Shown here: in pieces, positions 22,666 through 35,700 of the stretch
Layout: each line of letters opens with the position of its first letter
How positions within the stretch are numbered: the first letter of the stretch is position 1
DNA from: Schmidtea polychroa
Lineage: Eukaryota
Assembly (NCBI GenBank): GCA_044892525.1
Contig: CM097886.1
Coordinates: forward strand, 161,870,312-161,934,311
Reading direction: 5' to 3'
Length of the DNA: 64,000 nucleotides
Made by a program: the position numbers and the translations under genes
The notes under the pieces: model-generated
What the model was told of the DNA's origin: nothing
What the model saw: the letters and a program-made list of their open reading frames with translations, nothing else
Database searches by the model: none

Positions 22666-25651
22666 GTAATCTTAAGCTTAAATTTGATGTATTTTAAATA
22701 AATATTAAGGATCTTGAAAAACATTTTGTTCCATTAATTCGTAGATTAAGTAGTGGTGAATGGTTTACAAGTAGAACGTCTGCGTGTGGATTGTTTAGCT
22801 GCTGTTATGCTCGATTGTCCACTAATTTAAAAACCGAATTAAGAAGATTGTTTCGTCAATTGGCAACTGATGATACTCCCATGGTACGCAGAGCTGCTGC
22901 TTCTAGATTAGGCGAATTTGTAACGGTTATGGATTTGGAAGACGTTAAATCAGATTTACTTCTACTTTTACCAGTTGTAGTTCAGGTAGATTTATTTTAT
23001 GGCTTTATGAATTTAAACTTAAATACGAAAAATTTTGAATTTATTTTGCAATTACTTATAAATTTAATTATTCATTTTATGAATAAAATTCTAAATGTAT
23101 TACTAACCCTTCATATTTTCTATAACATTTAAATTGAAATTCTTGCAAAATATAATAAATTACAAAATTAAATATTATTAAAATGATAAATTGATGGAAA
23201 TTGAAATAATCTGACAATCTGTGAGGTTTTGTTTCACCAAAAATATTTTAAGTCTTTAAGGCCAGAATTTTGAAATTAGAGTTGTTTTTAATCATTAACT
23301 CTACAAACTCAACAGCAGAATTTAAAATGTTTTTTTAATTGGCTTGTACATATTTTAGTGGCAATTCCATTTAAAAAGTCTAAAAATAGAACTCTTGTAT
23401 TTATATATTTTATCCAATGATTTAGTAAGTTTGTCTTTACCGTCACTCATTTTGGTTCCCTAACGAATAGTGGACATTTGAAATGTAAATTATATAAAAT
23501 AATCAATACTACAGGTATTCCCCGGTCGTAAGTCGATTAAGTCGAATTTCATAAAAAAAAATTAAGAAAAAAATTACATACTGTACTACTAACTTTGAGG
23601 GTCTGGAGAACTACCCAAAATTCATATAATTCAAACTTTATTTAAAATAATAATAACACAAAAATACATATTGAATTAAAAACAACACATTAAATATATA
23701 ATAAAACAAAAATACATAATAAAAACTATATATAATTGAACAAAAATATATTATTTAATTTAGAGTTATTTAAATGTCTTCATCATCCGTACTTATTACA
23801 AGAGTGCAATGATTGCGTTGTCTTCAGAAACAGAATGTCCAGTGCTGGTTTTCTTAAAAAATTTGTCTAATGTCGTCTGAACAGTTTGAGCTTTCATTTC
23901 CCGGTAAATTTTATGATAACAAGCCAAATTTTCCTGAATCACCCTATTTATTTCTGAGAATCGCTCTTCATTTGCATCCATTTGTTGTGATTTTAGCATT
24001 CCCTTATTAATTTGGTGAAAAGCAGCACTCATTTCTTTTGTTGAGAATTTTTTTGTGGACTTTCTTCACCTGATTTGCTTTTATCTTCGTTTTCTGCAAC
24101 ACATTGTGCTTCAAATTCCTCCTTATGAATATACGTACGTTCAGACATCTTCCAATATAGACCAGTTTCATCTACATTAAATATTTGTTCCTTTGTATAA
24201 TAGTTTTCTTTTAGAAACTCGTCGAATTTAACTACAAATTCCTCAGCAGCTTTATAATCAGCACTAGCTGCCTCTCCACCAATTTCTACATTTTGAAAAT
24301 TAGCTCTCTTCCTAAATCTTTGAAACCAACCATGGCTTGCAGTAAAAGTCTGATCATAGTTTTTACCGTCCTTTAATTTTAACATATTGAAAAGACTACA
24401 TGCTTTGGTTTTGATAATTGCGAGACTTAGAGGAATTCGTTTTTGAATCAAATCCTCCATCCAAATCACTAATAGTTTTTCCATATCATGTATGGGACCT
24501 TGTCTATTTTTGGTTATTATTGTAGATTTCATAGATGTCGATTCTTTTACAGCTTCCAAAATTCGTTTTTTATCCTTTAAAATCGTCGATATTGTTGAAT
24601 GAGACCGTTTAAAATCATGTGCTATATCTTTCACTTTTTTACTTTTTTTCCCAAGTCTATAACATTTTCTTTTATTTTTACTAGTTTTACTAGTTCCAGC
24701 CATTTTTGGGATGATATAAAATTATTCACTTAAAAAAATTCCGACTTAGCTAATGTAATGTATTATTTGTACTTAAATATGTATGTAAATCGATTTTTTA
24801 AAAAGTTTTCTCAAATATTTTAGGGATTCCCCGTAACTACATATTTGTCTTCCTTGAGTATTTTCTATGAAAAAAATTGGAAAAAAAATGGTCGTAAGTN
24901 NNNNNNNNNNNNNNNNNNNNNNNNNNNNNNNNNNNNNNNNNNNNNNNNNNNNNNNNNNNNNNNNNNNNNNNNNNNNNNNNNNNNNNNNNNNNNNNNNNNN
25001 NNNNNNNNNNNNNNNNNNNNNNNNNNNNNNNNNNNNNNNNNNNNNNNNNNNNNNNNNNNNNNNNNNNNNNNNNNNNNNNNNNNNNNNNNNNNNNNNNNNN
25101 NNNNNNNNNNNNNNNNNNNNNNNNNNNNNNNNNNNNNNNNNNNNNNNNNNNNNNNNNNNNNNNNNNNNNNNNNNNNNNNNNNNNNNNNNNNNNNNNNNNN
25201 NNNNNNNNNNNNNNNNNNNNNNNNNNNNNNNNNNNNNNNNNNAATTGACACATTTATTGAAATATTTAAATAGCATATATAAGTAGTTATTGGAGGCTTT
25301 ATTTAAAATATTTTCAAATATTTTATTAGGCTTCTAGAAGCTAATTATAGAAGCTGTAAAAAAATTTAAAAATTTTTAGTTTGTGTCATTTTGAAATTTT
25401 AAATGTATAAAAAATTTTAAAAGTTTTTAGTAAAACAATTCATTATATTTACAACCAATGAGAATTAAGAGAAAGGAAATCAAAGAAAGATTGAAAGGTA
25501 TTTTGGGGAAGAACATTGCTAAATTCCAGGAGATTGACAAGGACTATCGTATAGTCGAAAATTCTTTCATTAAATACATTATTTGCAGCAAAAGGCTTAA
25601 ATTATCATTTTATTGTTTTAAATAATAAATGCTGCTACCAAGCAATCATCA

Positions 25652-25721
<70 letters not shown>

Positions 25722-28700
25722 GTTTCTAATTTTGTCCTATTCAATCTGGAATGTTTAATTTTGCTTCGGCTTTCTTTAAAATTCATTTCTTACGTTAGTT
25801 ATTGGTCATAAATCTGATTTAAATAAACTATAAAATAAAAATATAATTTATTATAATCTTGCTTCTATTCGATTATCTTTGTTTTCAACCCAACTTTAAT
25901 AAACATTAGATTTCAGAAACGTATTAACTGGTAACCGGGTTATAATCGGAATGGTATTTCCTAACGAAATGTTTGCTATTTTGACTTTCTAATTAACCGT
26001 TGTTTTAATGATTAAATATAATAGAAAGTAACAAAAGGTCTTTTTTAAACAATTTTTACTTGGTTTTAGGATGAACAGGATTCAGTACGCTTACTTGGTA
26101 TTGGCGCATGTGTCAGTTTTTGTAAAATACTTCCTAAAGATGATATAAAATCTTCTATTATCTCTTTAATTAGAGGAGGAGCAGAAGATAAATCTTGGAG
26201 GGTTCGTCATGCCGTGGCTGAAAATATATTAGAAATTGAAAAATTATCAATTGGTGATGTAACTCAAAGTGGTTTAGTTGATATCTATACGGTTACTAAC
26301 TTTACTAAAATATGTCGGCTATATTTGCAAGTTTTAGGTACTTTTAAAGGATTCTGAAGCTGAAGTAAAATCAGCAGCTGTGGGGAAATTAAAAGATTTC
26401 TGTGAAACACTTCTAAAGGATTCAAAAGAGTCAGTTACTGTGAAATCGTTTCTTCCTATTGTCAAAGAAATGATAAATGATCCAAATATTCAAGTTAAAA
26501 TAAGTCTTGCTGGTGTCTTAATGGGATTGTCACCGATCATTGGAAAAGCGAACACCACTGAACACCTCTTGCCAATTTTCCTTACCCAATTAAAAGATGA
26601 GAACGCTGAGGTAATAATAATAAGACAAAATAAAGAAATATTATTGGCTAGAAAACGACCAATCAACAATATTTTGAACACTTTAATGGCCACGCCCAAT
26701 TTATTACAATTCATATACTTTAAAACCCACACAAATATGCGCATATTTACGCTTAGTATCGATTTATTAGTTTGGGGAGTTTTGAAAGTCGGCCAATAGA
26801 ATGCTATATTATGTTGGTCAATAGTCGTTTGTGTGCGATAATAATTTGCACGGTGACGTAGGAATGGCTATTAAGGTGCATAAGATAACTATAAATGTGC
26901 TTCATAGTTTCATCAGATGTAAATCTAAGTTATTCTAATTATTCTTAGGAATTTTATTGATTTTATCTATCAATGGTTAAATGAAAATTATAAATTTTGT
27001 TTATTCAATAAATATGTGCAAAACTATTTCATAAATAGTTGACTGGTGATGGGAGCTATTATCAGGTTGAAGGTTTGTAAGCTATATTTGAAAATATGGA
27101 TTTGTATGAAATGATAACATATTATTATTATTATAGTTTGTATGTATTGAAATCACCATATGGTTTTTATCTATATTTTGCTCATTTTAGGTTCCCTAAT
27201 TGGAAATATCTCTTAACTCGATGAAATTCTTTACGAATTTCAATTTCGAAAAGAGTAATAAGTGTGGATTAACAGGTTTGACACCCATTGTATTCCTGTA
27301 TACGCGTTATCTTTTCTCTAAGACAGGGGTGGGCAAACCTTTTCTATAAAGGGCCACATAGATAACTTGATTGTTATCTGGGGCCGCATATATATTTTGT
27401 CTACTACTTTACTTTAGTTACAATTTTTACAACTTATGAAAATATGAATTGATGAGAATAGTCATGTATTTGTCAGTTTATTTCACATTCCCACTCTATT
27501 ACAAATGCACATTACATTTTCAAATAGGAACTAAACGAATTGCTAATTTGGGAATAAGATTTTACTATTCATAATTATTCCAACAAAAGTTTATTGTTAC
27601 ACATCATAATAATTATGAAGACAAAGAAACTTAATTTACATACAAGCCGACCACAATGTACAAATATAATTAATGAGAAGTATGTAACTGTTCACAATTT
27701 TGAATAATTTTCTTGAACTGTGGACATGTACATGCATACGGGCCGTAGTTTGCCCACCCCTGCTCTAAGAGTGTGTTGATATCTGATCTTATTGTTTCAA
27801 ATGAGTTGGTAAATTAAACAAAATGTCCGTTTGCGACGAGAGTTTCTAGTGGTTGTTAGTAGATGTAGTAACTAAGGTTTTTTTAGTTTACAAAGCGAAG
27901 AAAATGGTGAGTGTACGGGACACGTTACTATAGAGTCGTTCAATTCTTATAGAATATAGGTCTGTGTCAAGCGGGAGTGCACGGGACACGTTACTATAGA
28001 ATCGTTCAATTCTTATAGAATATAGGTCTGTGTCAAGGCGGAATGCACGGGACACGTTACTATTGAGTCGTTCAATTCTTCTGGTAAAACGGGAGTGCAC
28101 TGCACCAGAGCGCTGGCAGGAGGGAAATAGTTTAATGAAGAAATATTAATTATCCAATCTGTATTACGTTTATAATGGTAGAAACATACTTTTTATTAAC
28201 TAAATAGGTAAAACTCGTAAGTATATTATATAGTATATTATATACGTCATTCATAACATTTCTAGTGTTGCTCCTAAAAATATTAAATGTTGATTAATAT
28301 TATTATACGTTAAATATTAAATTTAAACTAAAATAATTTTAGGTTATTAGGATATATAAAGTTTTACCTATCTTACCTGTATTATTGATTTTGAGGAATA
28401 ATATTCTCGACTTTTGGATGACATATTGTAAATTATACTCATTAATAGCACACAATTGTTGGAATTTATAATTAGAGTTCACAAGTCGACATATTTTCAG
28501 AAAAAATTTTATTTGAGTTTGGAAAAATTTTAAAAATGATTTTATACAAAAATAAATTTCCGTCTCCTTTCTTTTGTAAGTACGAATGGTAAAACTCTAC
28601 TCATTTCAGACATAAGCCCTCGAAAACTAAGTCATCAATAAAATTTAAAGTCCATTAAATAAAGCAGAGCTTTCCAACCGGTGTGTCGCGACACTTAAGT

Positions 28701-31700
28701 GTGTCGGCAGCGCTGCATAGGTGTGTCGCGTGAACATAATGAAAAGCCAGAGTCCCTTAATTTTATAAACTTTTTAACGATTGTTAGACTGAAATACAAT
28801 ACACATATATAGTCCGTCGTGTTTTAGCTGCAAGAACGCCTGTTTACCCTATTTATTAGTTAATCGTTGGAATTCGATATTTATATTTAAATATGTTTCA
28901 TTGTCTCTTGTATAACGGTTTACCATATGGCGTAAGTTGTATGACGTCTGGTTTTCTGGTAAAACTGATTTTCTGTGTTGCGAAATGATGGAAGTCTAAA
29001 AAGTGTGTCACAAGCATGAAAAGGATGGAAAGCACTGAAATAAAGAAAGATGTATGGTACGAAATTCAGAACATAAAATTTATTTTTGAAACAAAGAAAC
29101 ATTTTTTAAATTTGTTTATATTCTATCTTTTAGAGCAGTGTCTGCCTAACTTCTTTCGTGGTAAACTAAGAAACGGCCTTTTGTTTTGCGGCACACTAAA
29201 TAAAAAATATCGGAAAAATTAAATATAACTTATCAATTTATGCAAAAATATACAAATTCTTTAGTGTAGTAATAACAAAAATCCTTATATTATTTTATTG
29301 AGATATATTGCACATACAGTCGAACTCGGTTACTACGAACAAAAAATATCGTGGTTTTTTGAAGCTATTTTAACATAGGATTATCCTGCTTACAACGAAC
29401 CAAAACCGGTTACAAAAAATATTCTAAATTAAGATTTTTTTTTCATTTTCGATTTAAAAGTTCAAATTAAAATATCAATTAATATATCAATTTTATTGTT
29501 AAACACAAAAAATATATTTTTTATTCAATCTCAACAATTTAATCTTAGGATTAAATTAAAATTTTAAACAATTGTGCCATTTTATTATATTCTCAAATCA
29601 ACTTATGTGAACATGGGTACAAACAACAGAAATATATCCTCTCAATTCATGAAAAAGTAGAAATGATTCATGAATTGGAAAGCGGAGATAAAAATTCACA
29701 GGTTTGTAAAAAATACAATCTTTCAAAATCAACAGTTTCAACATTTTGGAGAAATAAAGACACAATATTATTGGTATTAGAAATTAACGCTCCAAACTGC
29801 AAAAAAAATTAAAACTTGTGAAAAAGGTGATATTGATCGTGTATTAATTTTATGGTTTCAAGTGCAGAAAAGTTTGCCAAATAATTGGGTCATAAAAATT
29901 TTACTTGCAAAAATGGATTGTTAAATCGATTTAAAAACTGAAACAATATTTTTATGCAAAAATCAGCGGAGAAGCTTTGTCAGGAAATACAGATGCTGCA
30001 ATCAAGTGGTCAAAATCAGTTTGGTTAGAGCTAAAAAAGGGTTTTAAAAAAGAGGATATCTACAATGCAGATGAAACAGGCTTGTTTTATAACTTAACAC
30101 CTGAAATGACTTTCAAATTCAGGAATGATAAATGTGTTGGTGGGAAAAAAATTAGAAATCGTCTAACTGTTTTGGTTTGTGCGAACATGACTGGAACAGA
30201 CAAAAAGCAGCTTGTTGTCATCGGGAAATCTCTAATATTACGGTGCTTTAAAAATGTCAAAAAACTTCCTGTTGAATATACAGCAAACAAAAAGGCATGG
30301 ATGACATCTGAAATCTTTAAAAATTACTTGTTAAAGTGGAACAGAGATTTAATCACCAAAAAAGTGAAGATTTTACTGGTAATTGAAAACTGCCTAGCTC
30401 ATCCATAAATTCACAATCCAACCAACATTAAGTTGGTTTTTCTACCACCAAATGCAACATCAATCTTGCAGCCAATGGATATGGGGGTAATCAAAAATCT
30501 GAAAGATTATTTCCGAAGATTTCTTGTTTTGATGTTGATTGAAAGAAGAGAGAATGGCAAAGATGACAAAATAACTGTTCTGGATGCAATTCGCCTGATA
30601 AGGGATGCTTGTGACAGTGTCAAACCTTTAACTATCTCACACTGTTTTGATAAATCTGGTTTGAATGACGAGTCAGTTTCCACCTATCAATATTCTGAGG
30701 AGGAAGATCTTTCCTTGTCGCAATGGTTAAAGGTAAAAAGAATAAACAACTTGTCGCAATTTTTCTGGTGACATCTGGAATCCCCTCGGACGAAGACATC
30801 CTTCAAGTTGTTCTTCAACAAGAGGACAGTGAAGATGATGATGAAAGTGTCGAAGAAATACTACCTATTGTTGTGTATTCACAAGCTCAAGCAGATTTGA
30901 AGATTTTGACTCAATTTTCAGAGAACAACACACCGGAATCTGTTTTTACAGCACTCTGTCATTCGATGGCACATTAGAGACATCAAGTTGAATTTTATGA
31001 ACCAAACTAGTATTTTAAATTATATTAAAAAATGACCGAACAAAAAATAAAACAACAATAATAAAAACCCTTGCATATTTTAATAATTTAAAAAAAACGT
31101 TTTTTTGTACTTTTTTGTTTCTTGGTTATATCGAACCCCGGTTACAACGAACCAATTTTTCTGGTCCCAAGCAGTTCGTTATAACCAAGTTCGACTGTAT
31201 ATAGAAACTAGAATTTCGCAATCGAGCAATTTGTATAATTTCGCCCATATGTAATTTGTCTTATACATGGTAGTTTTCATATCTTTATGCTGGCTAGATT
31301 AAAACTATCCTAAATATTTCACTACACACTACTATTAAATTCTCTACAACATTACTGTTGACATCTTGTACATTGAATAATTTGTTCATGACGAAAAACT
31401 AATTAAAGATAAAATGGCTGTCATATAAAGAATTTAATTCACTACAACAATGTTTTCTTAATTATTTCCTTTTTGATATCTGGAGAAATGTTATTCTTTC
31501 TAAGAGTTTTTGCTTGTCTTTAAACACCAAAAAGAATCTTAAAATCATTTTACTATCAACGGTTTAAAATAAAATATCGGTTATTTAAAAATTATACCAG
31601 AAAAAAATACAAATTACCCGTTAAGCGACTTGCTTAAAATAATAATTTTGCAGGAAATCGCTGTAAAATGAGTTAATAATCTATTGATTTTAATTGCTCA

Positions 31701-32711
31701 GTTAGAATTTCTAATTTGTCTGACAGATTCGAATCATTATGTTTTTTGATTTTTTCTTCTAACACTAACTTTAAAAAATTAGGTTCGCCTGAATTTAATT
31801 TCGAAACTTGATTGTCTTTCTGAAGTTATTGGAGCAAAACAAGCAAGTCAAAATCTTATTCCAACAATAATTGAATTAGCCGATGATGCTAAATGGAGAG
31901 TCAGATTAGCATTAATGCAACATATTCCTCTTTTAGCTGGATTATTAGGTCCACAGGTATTTTCAGAAGATAAATTAACGACTCTTTGTTTGAGTTGGTT
32001 GGCAGATCCTGTTTATGCTGTTAGAGAAGCAGCTGCAAATAATCTTAAAACCTTAGTGGATAAATTCGGGAGCAATTGGTGTCAACAATATGTCTTAACA
32101 AAGGTTTGTCTATAGATCATTTTATTAGGAATATTATTAGATTTTAATATTACTTTAATATGTATTTAGAACAGTGTTTACTAATCGGTGTGTCGCAAGA
32201 TTAAAATAAGAAAAACGAACTCCTGCCCTTCAGGAGTGTTAATAATTTAAGTCTAATTGCTTAAAGATATATTCAAATATAAATTGATTGCGTAATCGAG
32301 TATTATTCAAACAACCGATTCAAATGGCGAATTAATTAATTAAATAATAATGATAACTATGCGTGCCAGCATTTATACTTATTATACTTTTACTATATAC
32401 ACTAGGGGCTCTGCCCCTGTTCGCTTCGCTTCACCAACCCCATTAAAACGTGGGGTTAATGTTAATATCCAGGGTATTCTTGGACAGGAGTAAGATTCAG
32501 TTTATTTATATGTTTACATAACTATGATAAAAGATAATAGCATAAACCCTTTCTAACTAATATAGAACGATAAGTACAAAAGAATAAATACTTCATAAAA
32601 AAAAATAAAAATTTTAAAAAAAATTAAAAAAGAAATAAATAAAGTAAAATTCGGATGGAGGGGACCCTTAGCTTTTTTATATATAGAGAGATAATATTTG
32701 TTATTTATATT

Positions 32712-32749
<38 letters not shown>

Positions 32750-35700
32750 CTCAATTAGTTATAGGGTTTTCCGACCTATTTAGACACTTTAACGATCAAA
32801 TTAGACATTTCAAAAAAGTGATATATATTTCACAATCAATTTAGACAATTTTCCAATCAATTTAGACAATAAGTTTGGCAAATCCACAACATTTTTATTC
32901 ATATATCAATTCCATATTTCTACTTCTTTCGATATAAGTTAACATTCTCCTGAAATACCCTCCACAATCTTCACTTGTTAGGATGTCAAATCCTGCCATA
33001 ATCAAATCATTTAATTCATTTTCGTTGTTTACATTACCTCTGAGCACATGATTCTTCCATTTACTGAAACAAGTCTCAATAATGTTAAGAAATGGAGAGT
33101 AGGGGGGTAGATATACAACTTTGATGTTTTCAGCTTCACATATGGAAATAAAACGAGCACAATGATGTATACGAGCGTTGTCGATGATAACAATTGGATC
33201 TGTAATTCCTTTGTTTATCGATAAATTGTTTAACTCTACCATATAACTCAAAAATTTCTCCCCGTTTATAGGTCCTGGATTTATTTCATACTTTAGAGTT
33301 CCATACTTTGATACTGCTGCAATAACGGAAATGTTGCGAGATCTTGTCGCCGGTGTATTTACAATGACACTTGTACCAACTAAACTCCTCCCCCGTTTGA
33401 CTCTTGTGCAAACCTGGAACCCAACTTCATCCACAAATACAAATGCTTTATCATCATTATTTAAAAGCATACTTAAAAATCTCTCAGCGTAGATACGTCT
33501 CTTCTCCAATGTCGTAGGATCGTTTCTCTTAACCGGTGAAAGTGTTACGCATTTCAAAGTATAATGGAAATTGCGTAAACAACGATCAATGGTGGGGATA
33601 GATACATTTTTCCCAATATTATTTATCGTCATCTCAACCAAGTTTTTCAGTGTCAGAATTGGGTTTTCATCAACCCATTCTTTAATAGTTTGTTTTTCAC
33701 TCGGAGTCAATTTCGATCTTTTATCGCCGCCCCTTTTCAGTGGTGTTATTCTTCCTTCAGATTCCCACCTTTTTACGATATTATATACACTTGTTCTTTT
33801 AATTGCGACCATTTCAGATATGCTGGAAATCGTAATGTTCTGAGAATAAAGCGAAATCACACGCTCTCTTGCGTGCTGGTCAATTGTATCATACTTTTTT
33901 ACATGCGAATCTACACTGACAGTCGTTTCCAATTCAACAGAGGCATTATTTGATTCGTCCCTCACATCATTCACCCCCGGGGATGATGGCTCGTTTGTGT
34001 CAATAACGTTATTGTTTATGTGCCGGTCATTTACGTCATTTACCGCTGTTTCTTCGTTATTATTCATGGGTATCAAATGCAGAGGGAATGTAGACATATT
34101 TTAAATTGTTTAATAAGTATTCTTTAATTGATTGTCTAAATTGATTGGAAAATTGTCTAAATTGATTGTGAAATATATATCACTTTTTTGAAATGTCTAA
34201 TTTGATCGTTAAAGTGTCTAAATAGGTCGGAAAACCCTATATTTAAATATCTCTAATATCTCCTTGTTTAAAAGGTTTTGGCCAATCAACGTTGCGAATT
34301 ATCATTTTTCCATCTCTGCTTCGTAATTCATAACTGTTTGCATGGATCTTTCTAACAACGACAAAAATTCCTGTATATCGATCTTCTTTTTTCCCTCACA
34401 TCTACTTTAACTAAAACTTCTTCATTTATATCGAATTCTCGGTGTATCCGGTTCTTATTTTTATAATTTAAATTTTTTTTGTTTTGATTGCACTTCCTCA
34501 ACTATTTTACTTCTATCGTTGTATATTCTTTTATTATGATTCCATATCCGTAAACCAAATACTGCTTCTGAGTGACTTTTTCCAATTGTACTTAGAATTT
34601 TTCTGGCAACTTATTGGCTGCATTTTCATCTTTAAATTATAATTTTTTGAATACCCCTTGTAATTTTTTTTCAATGATTGTTAAAAATATGAATTCAAAA
34701 TTTATATATTCATCTAAATGCGATAGTATATAAAATTTAAACTTTAGAAAGTAAAAAACTACATAATTTTTTGTTTAGGGGTGCCATGAAAAAACTCGAT
34801 TTTTTGGTGTTTAGTGGGCTAGAAAAGGTTGGGAATCACTGATTTAGAATATAAATTAATTTTAACAAAGGATGTTTAAAAATCAAATCTAGGATGTTAT
34901 AAAACTAGGACCCTGGACGTGATTTTGTTGAGTCTGATAAGTTTAATAAATTAAATAGTGTGAGTAAGGTTGATTATCCTAAATTTGTGTTGGTATTGCC
35001 GTAATCAGAAGGTTTTAAGGATTAAAAAAGGAAGATAAGAAAGCAGTTATATAATTTGTTTATTAATAAGTCTAGAACTCCGGTAGGACTATGTTCTGAT
35101 CTAGTTTTACAGTATACACCAAACACCACTGAGATACGTTTCCTATAATATTAAAAACTGCACACAAGCAAAACATACACTAAAAAACACATACAAACTT
35201 TCGATTCATAGAAATGCACCGCTGAGATACGTTTCTATAATAACTTTATTTTAGACAATTTTGAGAAAAAAATAATGGCAAAAAAAATTTTAAATATATT
35301 TTTAATGAAAATATCAAAAGCAGATGGATTTAATTCAATGTTTTTTCAATCTAGATTTGATTTCCTGAAAGAAGCCCCTTATATTGAGCTCAGAAAAAAA
35401 ATTACAAAAATTAAAAAATATATTTTTTTTATACTCGTCGATTTTTCCAAAAATGTTTTAGAAAAATACATATTTTTGGTGATTGATTTATTTATTTAAT
35501 TATAATTAAAAATATATTTTATTCACATTATATCGAAACAATTCCAAAATACTTAAAAATAAATGTCATAAAATTCCTAAAAAAACCCTGAAAATTAATT
35601 AAAAATAATTTATAATAGAAATGTTGATAAAAAAGTAATATTTAATCCTTTCCTGTCTGAATTAAGAGTTGAAAATGGCGTCCTAAAATCACTTGTTGCT

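Larger units (their letters stand above)
32172..34841. mobile_element. Non-autonomous hAT element hosting nested insertions
   Basis: Perfect TSD ATTTAGAA at 32164-32171 and 34842-34849. Ends CAGTGTTTACTAATC / CAGTGATTCCCAACC. Confidence 0.75.

Noticed and set aside
24773-25286. ORFs spanning the N run
   Set aside because: Artefacts of translating an assembly gap.
28665-31663. hAT element from CAGAGCTTTCC (28665) or CAGTGTCTGCC (29136) to GGAAATCGCTG (31663)
   Set aside because: The ends are hAT-like but no matching 8-bp TSD pair was found, so boundaries are unsupported.
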